From a virus (lineage: Duplodnaviria; Caudoviricetes), in the IMG/VR virus record IMGVR_UViG_3300048854_000277, positions 1-61,756 of that record: a stretch of DNA of 61,756 nt; one strand, 5' to 3'. The notes below the pieces were generated by a model. That model was not told where the DNA came from. It saw nothing but the letters and a program-made list of their open reading frames with translations, and made no database searches. Shown here piece by piece: positions 8,579 through 16,993 of the stretch. The position numbers were made by a program, and so were the translations under genes. The stretch's first letter is position 1. Every line of letters begins with the position of its first letter.

Positions 8579-8845
8579 ATGGAAAAAGGATTGCATGATC
8601 AATACCGGAGCTTTCACATCCGCGTCGATGTCGCAGAAACGAAACGAATCGCGTTGACTGGTGCTGAACAGCGCTTCACCGTGCACTGGTCGGTCCTGCG
8701 CAAGCGCTGCAACCAAGGATTCTCTGAAGTCGTCGCTTCCCTCGATGAGCCGGTCGCGTTTCTCTCCGAGGCAGACGCTATTCGGTATGGAGAAGGCCGT
8801 GCACATACTTGGATCGACTGCATGTGCAAACGACAAGAGGCATAG
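8579..8845 (+). CDS. Hypothetical protein, counter-oriented moron-like gene
   Basis: RBS GGGGAG before the ATG; fills an intergenic gap. Confidence 0.55.
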   Translation: MEKGLHDQYRSFHIRVDVAETKRIALTGAEQRFTVHWSVLRKRCNQGFSEVVASLDEPVAFLSEADAIRYGEGRAHTWIDCMCKRQEA

Positions 8846-8932
8846 CGCGATTGTCATAGCGTGTCTCCCGAATGTACGTCAGTGGTTAGCGCACGACGCA
8901 GCTGCCCGCGACATGCAGGCGGCCTCGGTTGA

Positions 8933-9790
8933 TTAATTAGCGAATGGATCGCCGAAGAAGAACGGATTGCCAGTTTTTTCCTTGATCGTGTCGATCACGG
9001 TCGTGGCGGCTGCCTCCAGCACCTTGTCCTGGCGGATCAGTTCGTACCAGAACACCAACTTGCCGTCTTTCACGCGGTATCGAAGGCGAGCGTCGAGGCG
9101 ATACGCATCACCGCTCCAGAAGACCGGAATGCCAACGGCAAAACGTTCGAACACAGACATGCGCTCGAGTGTTTGCGCGTCGTCGTCCTGCACGAACGAC
9201 AAGTTGACGCCGCCATTTGAGAGGCGCACAGCGCTCTTGAACCGCATGTCTTGGGTGGCTTCGAACGACATTGCCATTTCAAGCATGGCATTGCCGCCAG
9301 GCAAGCCTGAGTCGTCCGGGCTAGCGATGTCGCGAAGGTTGTCTTCGATGAAGGCCGCGAATTCGGTTTGCGTGAAGGTCTTTTTGTTCGCGCCGATCCA
9401 GCGACGCCATTCCTCGCTGAATTCCGGCGTATAGAAGGCGCGATGGTCACGCCAGGCCTGCGCAGTGTCATCCTCACCGTGATCGTTCAGGATGCCAGTG
9501 AATGCCACCTTGCCCTGCACATAATCCGCGAGACACCAAATCGTGCAGTCAGTCAGCGATCCATGCCGCTTCAAATATGCAATGAAGCTATCAACGTCGC
9601 GAACGCGGACCGTGGCGCGTTTGCGCAACGGCGTGGCGAGCGTCGCAGAGTCGTCGTGCTCTTCCAGCTTCCAGCCCGGCGGGAGGGCGATACGTTTTAC
9701 ATGTGCTGCCGTGTTGCTGCCGATCTCATGCGGCTGTTTGAGTTCGCGCGCGAGAGTCTCGGCAAAGTTGTCAGATTCGTTCAGTTCCAT
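8933..9790 (-). CDS. DUF2303 / YfdQ family protein
   Basis: SFIAY, LNDH, WRDHRA, QTEFAAFIEDN, IPVF, ARLRYR. Confidence 0.88.
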   Translation of the reverse strand: MELNESDNFAETLARELKQPHEIGSNTAAHVKRIALPPGWKLEEHDDSATLATPLRKRATVRVRDVDSFIAYLKRHGSLTDCTIWCLADYVQGKVAFTGILNDHGEDDTAQAWRDHRAFYTPEFSEEWRRWIGANKKTFTQTEFAAFIEDNLRDIASPDDSGLPGGNAMLEMAMSFEATQDMRFKSAVRLSNGGVNLSFVQDDDAQTLERMSVFERFAVGIPVFWSGDAYRLDARLRYRVKDGKLVFWYELIRQDKVLEAAATTVIDTIKEKTGNPFFFGDPFAN

Positions 9791-9824
9791 GATGAAAAGG
9801 ATTCCTTGCTGTAGTGGAGAGGAA

Positions 9825-10169
9825 TTACGCCGTCTTGAGAGCAGACGGCGGAGCGTCTGTAGCGGCTTCTACGCGCTTCAGATCAAGCTTTTGTTGACGG
9901 GGATCGTCCGCGATCAAGTTGCCTTCCGGCGTTGCGAACAACATGGCTTCCATCGGTTCTTCAGCCGGCTTCTTCAGCGTGACCTTGCCGGCGATATGCA
10001 TTGCGCCGCCGCGCGTCGCCTTCTTGACCGCGATGGTCAGCGTCAGCGATCCGCCTTTACCGCTTGCGTCGACGGCATTGACAAGCTCGCTCATCTTGTC
10101 GCTGGCGAGGTCGATGAAAACGCCGCCACCGATGTGGCGAAGCGTGTCTGTTATTGGTCTTGCGCTCAT
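9825..10169 (-). CDS. Conserved partner protein of DUF2303
   Basis: GKGGSLTLTI...FATPEGNL..DDPRQQKL. Confidence 0.8.
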   Translation of the reverse strand: MSARPITDTLRHIGGGVFIDLASDKMSELVNAVDASGKGGSLTLTIAVKKATRGGAMHIAGKVTLKKPAEEPMEAMLFATPEGNLIADDPRQQKLDLKRVEAATDAPPSALKTA

Positions 10170-10220
10170 ATGTCCCTCATCGGGTGGTTTGTGGGTACCG
10201 CGTTTTAATACGGTGTTGCG

Positions 10221-10424
10221 TCAATCGTTAGAGCAGAGTTGCCGGGTTGCCGTGAAAGACCAGATCAGCGCCCCAATCCAGCCCAACATCGTCCAACCGA
10301 GCAGCAGATTCAGCGCGAAGATCGCCATGGTGTTGTGATGCCCTCGGCAGGCAGCAACGAACGTCGGCAATAGGTAAAAGACCAATGCCAGAACAAACAA
10401 GGCGAGGGCTAAATTGGTTTCCAT
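10221..10424 (-). CDS. Superinfection immunity protein (T4 Imm-like)
   Basis: YLLPTFVA..RGH.N..AIFALNLLLGWT.LGWIGALIWS. Confidence 0.9.
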   Translation of the reverse strand: METNLALALFVLALVFYLLPTFVAACRGHHNTMAIFALNLLLGWTMLGWIGALIWSFTATRQLCSND

Positions 10425-10496
10425 GGCGGCTCTTGGTGTGTAGTTAGGTGCGATACCTTCAGGGCGCCAGCTTAAGCGGCCGGCTACGCTCTCAAA

Positions 10497-10847
10497 CTAC
10501 GCGTTGACGCGCTCCGGGAGCTCTTCGACCATCGTGCAATCCGACTTTCCGATAGCCGCCAACAGGTCATGCAGATCAGCCTCGTTGTGGTCGTACCAGC
10601 GGCCACTGATGAACAGCTCGCCGTTGCGAGCGATCGCATGCAACTTGCAGGCGCGGCCCTTCACGTAGTCCATGCTCAGGCCGCCGCCGGAATACTTCTT
10701 CCCGTCGTCGATGATTTGCTGGGCAACCTCGTCGGACAACTCGCCCTCTTCAAAATGCAGGTAGCCAAGCCCCTGCGGACGGCTAAAGCGATATGCCGCC
10801 TTCGCCAGGTCTTTCAACTCAACGCCGGTTACGTTCAGATACGACAC
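10497..10847 (-). CDS. Hypothetical phage protein
   Basis: GTG after RBS AAGGAGG; S.PQGLG.LH and DYVKGR..K motifs. Confidence 0.7.
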   Translation of the reverse strand: MSYLNVTGVELKDLAKAAYRFSRPQGLGYLHFEEGELSDEVAQQIIDDGKKYSGGGLSMDYVKGRACKLHAIARNGELFISGRWYDHNEADLHDLLAAIGKSDCTMVEELPERVNA

Positions 10848-11004
10848 ACCGCCTCCTTGGCTAGTTAGATACGATCTCGTCAGCGCACGCCTTACGTGCG
10901 GATGGCTTCCCAGCCATTTCGATCTTTGCGGGGCTTTCTCCCGCCGTTTGCATATGACCTCCTGCTTCAGGCTCATTGCCGGATTGCTGGCCGGCGCCAT
11001 GCTC

Positions 11005-11150
11005 TGTTCAGTGGATGGATCGGCAAACGAGGATTCGGTCCGCAGACTCGGTGTCCTCTACGCCAGTCCGGACGGGCCACCCCCATCCGACCAACTCGGC
11101 GCTTCATAGCTCGTGAAGGCTCCACGCCGTACAAATCCATCCAGTGAACA
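11005..11150 (-). ncRNA. Candidate multi-branch structured RNA element in the PL transcript
   Basis: 16-bp closing inverted repeat (15/16) enclosing about three internal hairpins, in non-coding DNA. Confidence 0.4.
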
Positions 11151-11378
11151 TGCCCATTACGCCGGGCCAGCGGCTAAAGACAAACAGTCCGTTCACGAGG
11201 TGTGGCTGATTGGCCAGTTGATGTCGCGGTACGACTTGTTTGTCTGTTCCATTTCCCGCTCGTGGATAGCGCCACCACGCACCATCAGACAAACAGCCAA
11301 GCAGATCAGAGCATCGGTGGCCATGAGGACTACTATCAGGTTCGTGAGCACGGTGAGCCTTTACGGGAGACGAAACGG

Positions 11379-11567
11379 TTATCGACCTTGGCGAGCGTGC
11401 AGCTCGGGCTGGTAGTGGCCGGAGTATTCCGGGTGAAGAAGCCAGTTACGGCCGAGCGCGCGGATCGACTTCAACACCTTGCACTCGTTGATCGCTGCAA
11501 TCCGCTCGTCTGCCGTCAGATTCGACGACACATGACGCAGATCTTCGTTTTGACGGGGTGTTTCCAT
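11379..11567 (-). CDS. Hypothetical protein
   Basis: RBS GGAGG; TAATG coupling. Confidence 0.6.
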   Translation of the reverse strand: METPRQNEDLRHVSSNLTADERIAAINECKVLKSIRALGRNWLLHPEYSGHYQPELHARQGR

Positions 11568-11692
11568 TACTGAATTCCTCCCAAGATCGCCACAATCACC
11601 GTGGCGGCTATGCCAACAATGGACAGCACCAACACGGCGCCGAATAAGGCTTGCGCTGCGCTGTAGTCCGATTCGTTTGCTGCGTGGTCCAT
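11567..11692 (-). CDS. Small membrane protein, 41 aa
   Basis: Read manually; one TM helix. Confidence 0.5.
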   Translation of the reverse strand: MDHAANESDYSAAQALFGAVLVLSIVGIAATVIVAILGGIQ

Positions 11693-11708
11693 CTCAAATC
11701 CCTGTTAG

Positions 11709-11849
11709 TTAAGCGCCCTTACGGAAATCAGCGACACCAGCCTGGATAAGAGCGTTCGCCACTTCGCGACGCAGCTTTTCAGTGCGAGCCCCGGCACCCC
11801 CTTGGGAAAGCCGGTTCAGTTCGATCAGGTCTTGCGCTCGTACGCTCAT
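11709..11849 (-). CDS. First PL gene, 46 aa (MSVRAQDLIELNRL...)
   Basis: Read manually; RBS AAGGAG. Confidence 0.55.
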   Translation of the reverse strand: MSVRAQDLIELNRLSQGGAGARTEKLRREVANALIQAGVADFRKGA

Positions 11850-11971
11850 TTCCGTCTCCTTGAGACTTCGCGCTTTGGCCGGCAGGGATGCTCTCAGAAC
11901 AGAACACTGTGAAATCCAGCGTTCTCAACTCAGAGCACCCCTTGGTTCCCGGTGTTCAGCGCATGAGAGGC

Positions 11972-12011
11972 ATATTAGGCAAAGCCTAGATGCATGTCAA
12001 GGCATAGCCTA
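11972..12011 (-). promoter_or_regulatory. PL promoter with two operators (OL)
   Basis: TTGACA(12000-11995)-N17-TAATAT(11977-11972); TAGGCAAAGCCTA at 11976-11988 and AAGGCATAGCCTA at 11999-12011. Confidence 0.88.
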
Positions 12012-12050
12012 AATTTATTTTAGAGAGCGTTGCCCGATATAGGCGGACGC

Positions 12051-12075
12051 AAAAAAGCCCGCACTGGGCGGGCTT
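12051..12075 (-). terminator. Intrinsic terminator of the cI/insert transcript (tIMM-like)
   Basis: AAGCCCGC/GCGGGCTT stem followed by a U-tract on the minus strand. Confidence 0.8.
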
Positions 12076-12094
12076 CGTAATTGGGAAAACTGTG

Positions 12095-12556
12095 TTAGAA
12101 ACGGCGCGCGGTTTCTCTTGTGCCGGGCAGCATTTCGATCCTCAGGCTTGGCGCCGGAATTACGCTTCCGTCATCGAAGAAAGCGCGGACGCGAATTTGT
12201 GCTCGGTCCATGATTTCCATATTTTCGAAGACGAGTGGCACGACTGCGCCAACGTAGCCCTCCACTGGTTCAACCAACCAGTTTTCTTTGGGGGGCGCGA
12301 TCGTCGTATCAGCGAGCGGTACACCGTCACGATAAGCAACGATTCTCACGGATTCAAACGGCTGAGTTTTGGGGGAGTGCATCGTGAGAATTACGCACAG
12401 CCTCAGCAGACGCGCCGGGAATTCTGGCACATACAGAAACGACTGATAGATCCCCATAAGGGAGAACTTGTTGTGTGTTTCTTGCCGTATGTCGTCGCAA
12501 TAGGTGGCGGAGATGAAACGATCGACTTTAGTCGGCGCGGGAACCTGTTCGGTCAT
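12095..12556 (-). CDS. DUF6941-like beta-rich protein, third gene of the toxin-antitoxin-like operon
   Basis: CDDIRQE..NK.SLMGIY motif; family name from recall. Confidence 0.65.
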   Translation of the reverse strand: MTEQVPAPTKVDRFISATYCDDIRQETHNKFSLMGIYQSFLYVPEFPARLLRLCVILTMHSPKTQPFESVRIVAYRDGVPLADTTIAPPKENWLVEPVEGYVGAVVPLVFENMEIMDRAQIRVRAFFDDGSVIPAPSLRIEMLPGTRETARRF

Positions 12557-13025
12557 AGGTATAGTCGGAGTCCAGTATTTCGTCGGCGGTAACGCCCAAG
12601 GCGTCCCTAAGCTTTTTAATCGTGGGCGCGCCAGCATTCGCGATGCCACCCCGCTCGAGCTTGGCGATCTGTGGTTGTTTAAGCCCCATCAGATCGGCGA
12701 GCTGTGTTTGTGAAAGGCCTTTCCGAAGGCGCAAAACGGCGAGCGAGCTCCTTCCCTGAGCTTCCGATAGCCGTCCGGCTAATTTAGTGCGAGCGCGCTG
12801 GATGGCGGCTCGACGACGATCGTCTGTCTCGTGTTGAGCGACCATTTCACGCGCTAATTTCCCCGTGCCTTCATGCTTACGAGAAACCGGAGCGGCCGCC
12901 CCGTCAAATCTGCGGACGACGAAATGGACGATTGTTTCGCCAGAGCTAGGGCTAGTGGGCTCGATATATCCCAATGGCGTCGTAGTCTGCAACGCATCTT
13001 CTGACTTGAGGATGGTTTGTATCAT
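12528..13025 (-). CDS. HigA-like antitoxin with C-terminal Xre HTH (start uncertain)
   Basis: LAVLRLRKGLSQTQLADLMGLKQPQIAKLERG...KLRDALGV. Confidence 0.8.
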   Translation of the reverse strand: MIQTILKSEDALQTTTPLGYIEPTSPSSGETIVHFVVRRFDGAAAPVSRKHEGTGKLAREMVAQHETDDRRRAAIQRARTKLAGRLSEAQGRSSLAVLRLRKGLSQTQLADLMGLKQPQIAKLERGGIANAGAPTIKKLRDALGVTADEILDSDYTYDRTGSRAD

Positions 13026-13362
13026 ATGCGTGGTCTCGGTGAATGATCGCGAGGATGTGAGTGCAGTCGCTTCGTCCGTCATACGCGTGCAGCGTCCGAT
13101 GAGAAAGCAAACTGTCCTCCAAATCCCACATCTTGAGCCGATAAATCGTGTATCCAATGTTCCAAAGTTCAATGAACCGCTCGTTCGTGAACGCCGGCTC
13201 TTCCATCCGTCTTGAACGATCAGTGCAAAGCAGCTGGATTAGATCTTCATTTCCATAAATTTCGTCCAGAAGGACATCGATGATCGCCGCGGTATCTTCG
13301 TCCTCTAGGAACAATGTATCGAGGTCTTGCTCAGCGTGAGCTTCTACAATAAGGTCGGGCAT
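12952..13362 (-). CDS. RelE/HigB-like toxin
   Basis: N-terminal AEQDLD.L helix, IYRLK, HRTLHAYD..ILAIIHR pattern; upstream of the HTH gene. Confidence 0.6.
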   Translation of the reverse strand: MPDLIVEAHAEQDLDTLFLEDEDTAAIIDVLLDEIYGNEDLIQLLCTDRSRRMEEPAFTNERFIELWNIGYTIYRLKMWDLEDSLLSHRTLHAYDGRSDCTHILAIIHRDHAYDTNHPQVRRCVADYDAIGIYRAH

Positions 13363-13380
13363 TATAACGTACAAGTTATA
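13363..13380. promoter_or_regulatory. Palindromic operator of the toxin-antitoxin operon
   Basis: TATAAC-N6-GTTATA abutting the toxin ATG. Confidence 0.65.
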
Positions 13381-13499
13381 TTTTTCTTTTTTCGGCTCGG
13401 CGTGTGCGTGCCCACACTTTCTAAGCGGGCGCGTTACGTCTTGGGCGCCACTCCGGCTTAACGGCCCGGGATGGGGACTTCTTGAGGGGAAGAATTCAT

Positions 13500-13615
13500 G
13501 TTTTTTGTTACCCGCTTCTTGATGGAGACTTTTGGCAATGCCTTATGCTCCATTTCGGCAGCGTTCGCATCACTGATAGATGCCACCCGCACTCGTCACA
13601 TGTGATCAACACCAT
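13500..13615 (-). pseudogene. Degenerate zinc-ribbon gene remnant
   Basis: MVLITCDECG continues as ASISDA and CRNG in other frames, resembling the CxxCG..ISD...CxxCG motif. Confidence 0.35.
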
Positions 13616-13626
13616 CTTGTTTTCTC

Positions 13627-14535
13627 TCACTCAGGGCGCCATGCAGAAGGGCGGCAAATCGCTCGCACGAAATGAAGTCTTTCGATTTCATCATCTGAAA
13701 AGGCCATAGGTGGGTGTGCGTCGTTCACCGAAATCAGGTGCGTGCGCCCCGCGCGCTTGTATAGAAAGCGTTTGATCATGACTCGCCCGTCTTTCGACTT
13801 CATTAGCACGTCATCGCCAGGCTCAACAGGCTGATTCGGTTCGATCACGACATACTCTCCCGCCTGAATGCGCGGCTTCATTGAGTCGCCCTCACACCTA
13901 AGAGCGTACGCATCCTTGTCCCTGGTGGGGAAATCGATGTACCCGTCGCCGTGACCGACGGGGTATTCGAGATCCGACCAGTGCCCGTTATCCCCGAGCT
14001 GTGCTGTTCCTACCACTGGGATAGAACTCCATTTGGTAATCGGAATGGGATTGAACTCATCGTTGTGAGGGACGGCGAGATGCTTGTCGCCCTTTCCCAT
14101 AACGAGCCATACCGGATTCACTCCGAAGGCCTGCTGCAGACCGACGGCTTGTTCGAGAGTTATCGGGGATCCTTTCCCGGTAAGCCAGCCGGCGACCGTT
14201 TCGTCGGTCGTCCCCGCGGCGCCGGCCACCTTTGTCAAGTTTCCGTCTGCGCTGGTAAGCAGTTCATGAATCCTATCAGCGAGACCGGGTGCTCCAATTG
14301 ATGGAACAGCGGCACTAATAGGCGTCTCCTCGCCGGTTATCCACCAATTTGCCGAGTGCCCCAATTTCTCGACCAACTTAGGGATGTGTTTTTTGGCGAT
14401 TCGGCCGAAGTTGACCCAGTCGTAAACGGACGGTGGCTTGACGCCAAACATTTCAGCAATGTCGGCGTGCGTCAGGGCACGGCGAGTCATCTCATCGAAG
14501 AGGCGTTCGCCAATATGTTTAGGATCTTTAGGCAT
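13627..14535 (-). CDS. cI: CI-like repressor with two HTH domains and an S24 peptidase domain
   Basis: Two Xre-type HTH units; GDSM.P and K-containing S24 domain; divergent from cro. Confidence 0.92.
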   Translation of the reverse strand: MPKDPKHIGERLFDEMTRRALTHADIAEMFGVKPPSVYDWVNFGRIAKKHIPKLVEKLGHSANWWITGEETPISAAVPSIGAPGLADRIHELLTSADGNLTKVAGAAGTTDETVAGWLTGKGSPITLEQAVGLQQAFGVNPVWLVMGKGDKHLAVPHNDEFNPIPITKWSSIPVVGTAQLGDNGHWSDLEYPVGHGDGYIDFPTRDKDAYALRCEGDSMKPRIQAGEYVVIEPNQPVEPGDDVLMKSKDGRVMIKRFLYKRAGRTHLISVNDAHPPMAFSDDEIERLHFVRAICRPSAWRPE

Positions 14536-14603
14536 TGCCTGTAGATACAGCACGTCTTTATTTTCGGCAATGCCTTGACGTTTGATTAGGCTTTGCCTAG
14601 AAT
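14529..14603. promoter_or_regulatory. OR region with PR, a PRM candidate and three operators
   Basis: TAGGCATTGCCTG, TCGGCAATGCCTT and TAGGCTTTGCCTA; PR is TTGACG(14575)-N17-TAGAAT(14598). Confidence 0.88.
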
Positions 14604-14611
14604 CGTTTTTC

Positions 14612-14929
14612 ATGAACAAGTCAAACCCCCACGCCGTGATTCAAGCCTGCGCAATTGCCGGGAGTAAGTCGGCGCTTGCGCGCGCTGTCGGCGTAAAGCC
14701 GCCGACCGTCCAGGAGTGGTGCAACGGCGCCCGTCCGGTCCCGCCCGCTAAGTGTGTCGCAATTGAGCGGGCGACAGGCGGAAAGATTGGGCGACGTGAT
14801 TTGATGCCAGAGGGATGGGAGGAAATTTGGCCGGAACTTGCCGATGACGTCGACAAGGCAAAGGTCGTGGACGATGTTCAACCGCCGGGCGGGGCGGCTG
14901 ATCCTGATGCTGACAAGGAAAGTGATTGA
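14612..14929 (+). CDS. cro: Cro-like repressor (YdaS family)
   Basis: GSKSALARAVGVKPPTVQEW...CVAIERATGG...IWPEL. Confidence 0.9.
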   Translation: MNKSNPHAVIQACAIAGSKSALARAVGVKPPTVQEWCNGARPVPPAKCVAIERATGGKIGRRDLMPEGWEEIWPELADDVDKAKVVDDVQPPGGAADPDADKESD

Positions 14930-15034
14930 TTTCATTTTTAGTTTTTCAAGGGGTCAGTTGACCCCTTTATTTGACGTGGGGAGCAACTCGTAACTCCAGT
15001 CGTAATCCAGTTGATTTTTTCAATGGGACCACAG

Positions 15035-15433
15035 ATGCAGACACAAGAAACGCCAAGTAAGGCTGCCTCATCGGCCTTAGAGAACGGCCACTGCGCCTAC
15101 TCCGGTAAGGATTCACGGTTTCTTCCGAGAGATATCGTGGCCGCTTGCGCATCTTTCCGTGATGCCGTCCGCCTCGCTTGGGAACACCGGGCAGTGCGCG
15201 GTATGACGCAAAGAACGCTGGCCGAGCTTCTCGAAGTGAAGACTTCGCATATGTCGAACATGTTGAGCCACCAGCCGGTCGACCGACACGGGAAGCCACG
15301 TCAAGACCTGCCGGCGCGGTACATCGCAGAATTTGAACGAGTTGTTGGGAACCGTGCAGTGACGCAATACCTCACGCGCATGGCGATGTTGACGTTGATG
15401 GAAGAAGTAATTCATTCACAGAGGACGCCATGA
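15035..15433 (+). CDS. CII-like HTH regulator
   Basis: MTQRTLAELLEV..SHMSNML; VGNRAVTQY; follows cro. Confidence 0.7.
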   Translation: MQTQETPSKAASSALENGHCAYSGKDSRFLPRDIVAACASFRDAVRLAWEHRAVRGMTQRTLAELLEVKTSHMSNMLSHQPVDRHGKPRQDLPARYIAEFERVVGNRAVTQYLTRMAMLTLMEEVIHSQRTP

Positions 15434-15434
15434 A

Positions 15435-15623
15435 ATGACAAACGACGAGGCGCTTCGAATTGGCCGCAAGGCTATTGAGGACGCCCGGAAGCGGGTAGGT
15501 GATAAACAAGAAAGCCTGATCGAGGAAATAGAAAAAGTTTGCGCTGGGGACACGCTGGTAGCACAGGCGTTTTCGATCACGGGACATTTGCTCCTGGAAT
15601 CGATTCAAGAAACGAAGCATTAA
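15435..15623 (+). CDS. Hypothetical protein
   Basis: Operon packing. Confidence 0.6.
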   Translation: MTNDEALRIGRKAIEDARKRVGDKQESLIEEIEKVCAGDTLVAQAFSITGHLLLESIQETKH

Positions 15624-15739
15624 CGAGGCGCGCCGGCTCGCTCCCGGCGCGTTGCAAAGTCCAGACACAAGTTGCTTGCACGCAGGCGCCTTCTGTCCCG
15701 ATTTAGCACTACTAACAGCATCTGCTGATAGGAGACTCC

Positions 15740-16453
15740 GTGAACCAATTGGCAGTTGTAGGCAAGACGATGTCCAGTCGCGAAATCGCGGATCTGGTCG
15801 AGTCGCGTCACGACAATGTGAAGACGACTGTCGAGCGGCTCGTTGAGCGCGGTGTGATTGTTCGTCCTTCAATGCAGGTTGTACAAATTCCTGATTCGAT
15901 GGGGCGCTCGCGCTCAACGACGGAATATCACATCTGCAAACGCGACAGTTACGTGGTTGTCGCGCAGCTCTCACCTGAGTTCACGGCTCGACTCGTTGAC
16001 CGCTGGCAAGAACTCGAGGAGCAAGTCGCGCCCGCGGCGTTCCAAGTCCCTCAAACAATGTCTGAGGCTTTGCGGCTCGCTGCAAATCAAGCAGAGCAAA
16101 TCGAATCCCAACAAAAACTGATCGAACAGCAGGCACCGGCCGTCGAGTTTGTCGGCCGCTACGTCGATGCCGGCGGCAGCAAGGGATTTCGTGAAGTCTG
16201 CAAGCTCTTGGGAGCGAACGAACGCGAGTTCCGCGCGTTTCTGACCGATACCGACGTCCTCTACACGCTGGCGGGCCGCCTCGTTCCATATCACCAGCAC
16301 ATCGCTGCAGGTCGCTTCGAAATCAAGGCAGGCGTTACGCACGACGAGAACGCTTACGCCTTCAATCAAACGCGCTTCACTCCCAAGGGCATCGAATGGA
16401 TCGCCGGCAAGTGGATGGCGCGACGACTCAATGAAAAAGAGGTAACTGCATGA
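15740..16453 (+). CDS. Rha/KilA-N-like plus KilAC (ANT) antirepressor
   Basis: MSSREIADL..SRHDNV; VPQTMSEALRLAA; TRFTPKG..WI. Confidence 0.9.
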   Translation: MNQLAVVGKTMSSREIADLVESRHDNVKTTVERLVERGVIVRPSMQVVQIPDSMGRSRSTTEYHICKRDSYVVVAQLSPEFTARLVDRWQELEEQVAPAAFQVPQTMSEALRLAANQAEQIESQQKLIEQQAPAVEFVGRYVDAGGSKGFREVCKLLGANEREFRAFLTDTDVLYTLAGRLVPYHQHIAAGRFEIKAGVTHDENAYAFNQTRFTPKGIEWIAGKWMARRLNEKEVTA

Positions 16454-16710
16454 GCCACCACCTCGTAAACCTCGCATGGGAGACCGATCTCCCGCACAGC
16501 CAGAAGGTCGTCCTTCTCGCGTTGTCGCACCTGGCCGTGCAATCGACCGGGATGTGTAGCCCGTCTGTGCGCCTGCTGTCGCATATGTGCGGCCTGTCGC
16601 ACTCCGGCGCGCGCTCCAACCTCAAACACCTCGCGAAGCGCGGCCTGGTCGAGCTGGTGCCGCTGGATGGCGAGAACGGCTATCGCGTCAAGGTGGGAGC
16701 GAAAGCGTGA
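16450..16710 (+). CDS. Winged HTH protein (HTH_36-like)
   Basis: KVVLLAL...CSPSVRLL..MCGLS...LKHL.KRGLV. Confidence 0.8.
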   Translation: MSHHLVNLAWETDLPHSQKVVLLALSHLAVQSTGMCSPSVRLLSHMCGLSHSGARSNLKHLAKRGLVELVPLDGENGYRVKVGAKA

Positions 16711-16985
16711 GCACCGAGAGCCAAACCATTATCACGATCACTTCCGATGTCGCCGACTGCCATTTCGAAATCGAGATTCCCGACTGGAATTCGGCCGACA
16801 GCGTGCTCCCCTTCGGTGAAGTCGATTTGTGTCTCGTCGACGACTCGTTCGCCGCTTACCAGCGGCATGTGACTCGTCAACTCGGCGAAGCGTTCGGGTC
16901 GAAGCCGATTCACCAGGGTCGCAAGACGTGTCTGTCCTGTGGCGCCGTTCAAGACTTTAACGGCGTGCTGCCGTGCGGTCACTGA
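16707..16985 (+). CDS. Hypothetical protein with C-terminal CxxC...CGH
   Basis: GTGA overlap. Confidence 0.6.
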   Translation: MSTESQTIITITSDVADCHFEIEIPDWNSADSVLPFGEVDLCLVDDSFAAYQRHVTRQLGEAFGSKPIHQGRKTCLSCGAVQDFNGVLPCGH

Positions 16986-16993
16986 GCACAGTC

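Noticed and set aside
11005-11150. tRNA-like cloverleaf
   Set aside because: No T-loop or D-loop consensus, no CCA end and wrong stem lengths
13531-13545. GGCAATGCC operator-like palindrome downstream of cI
   Set aside because: Single copy with weak flanks inside a pseudogene remnant; may be chance
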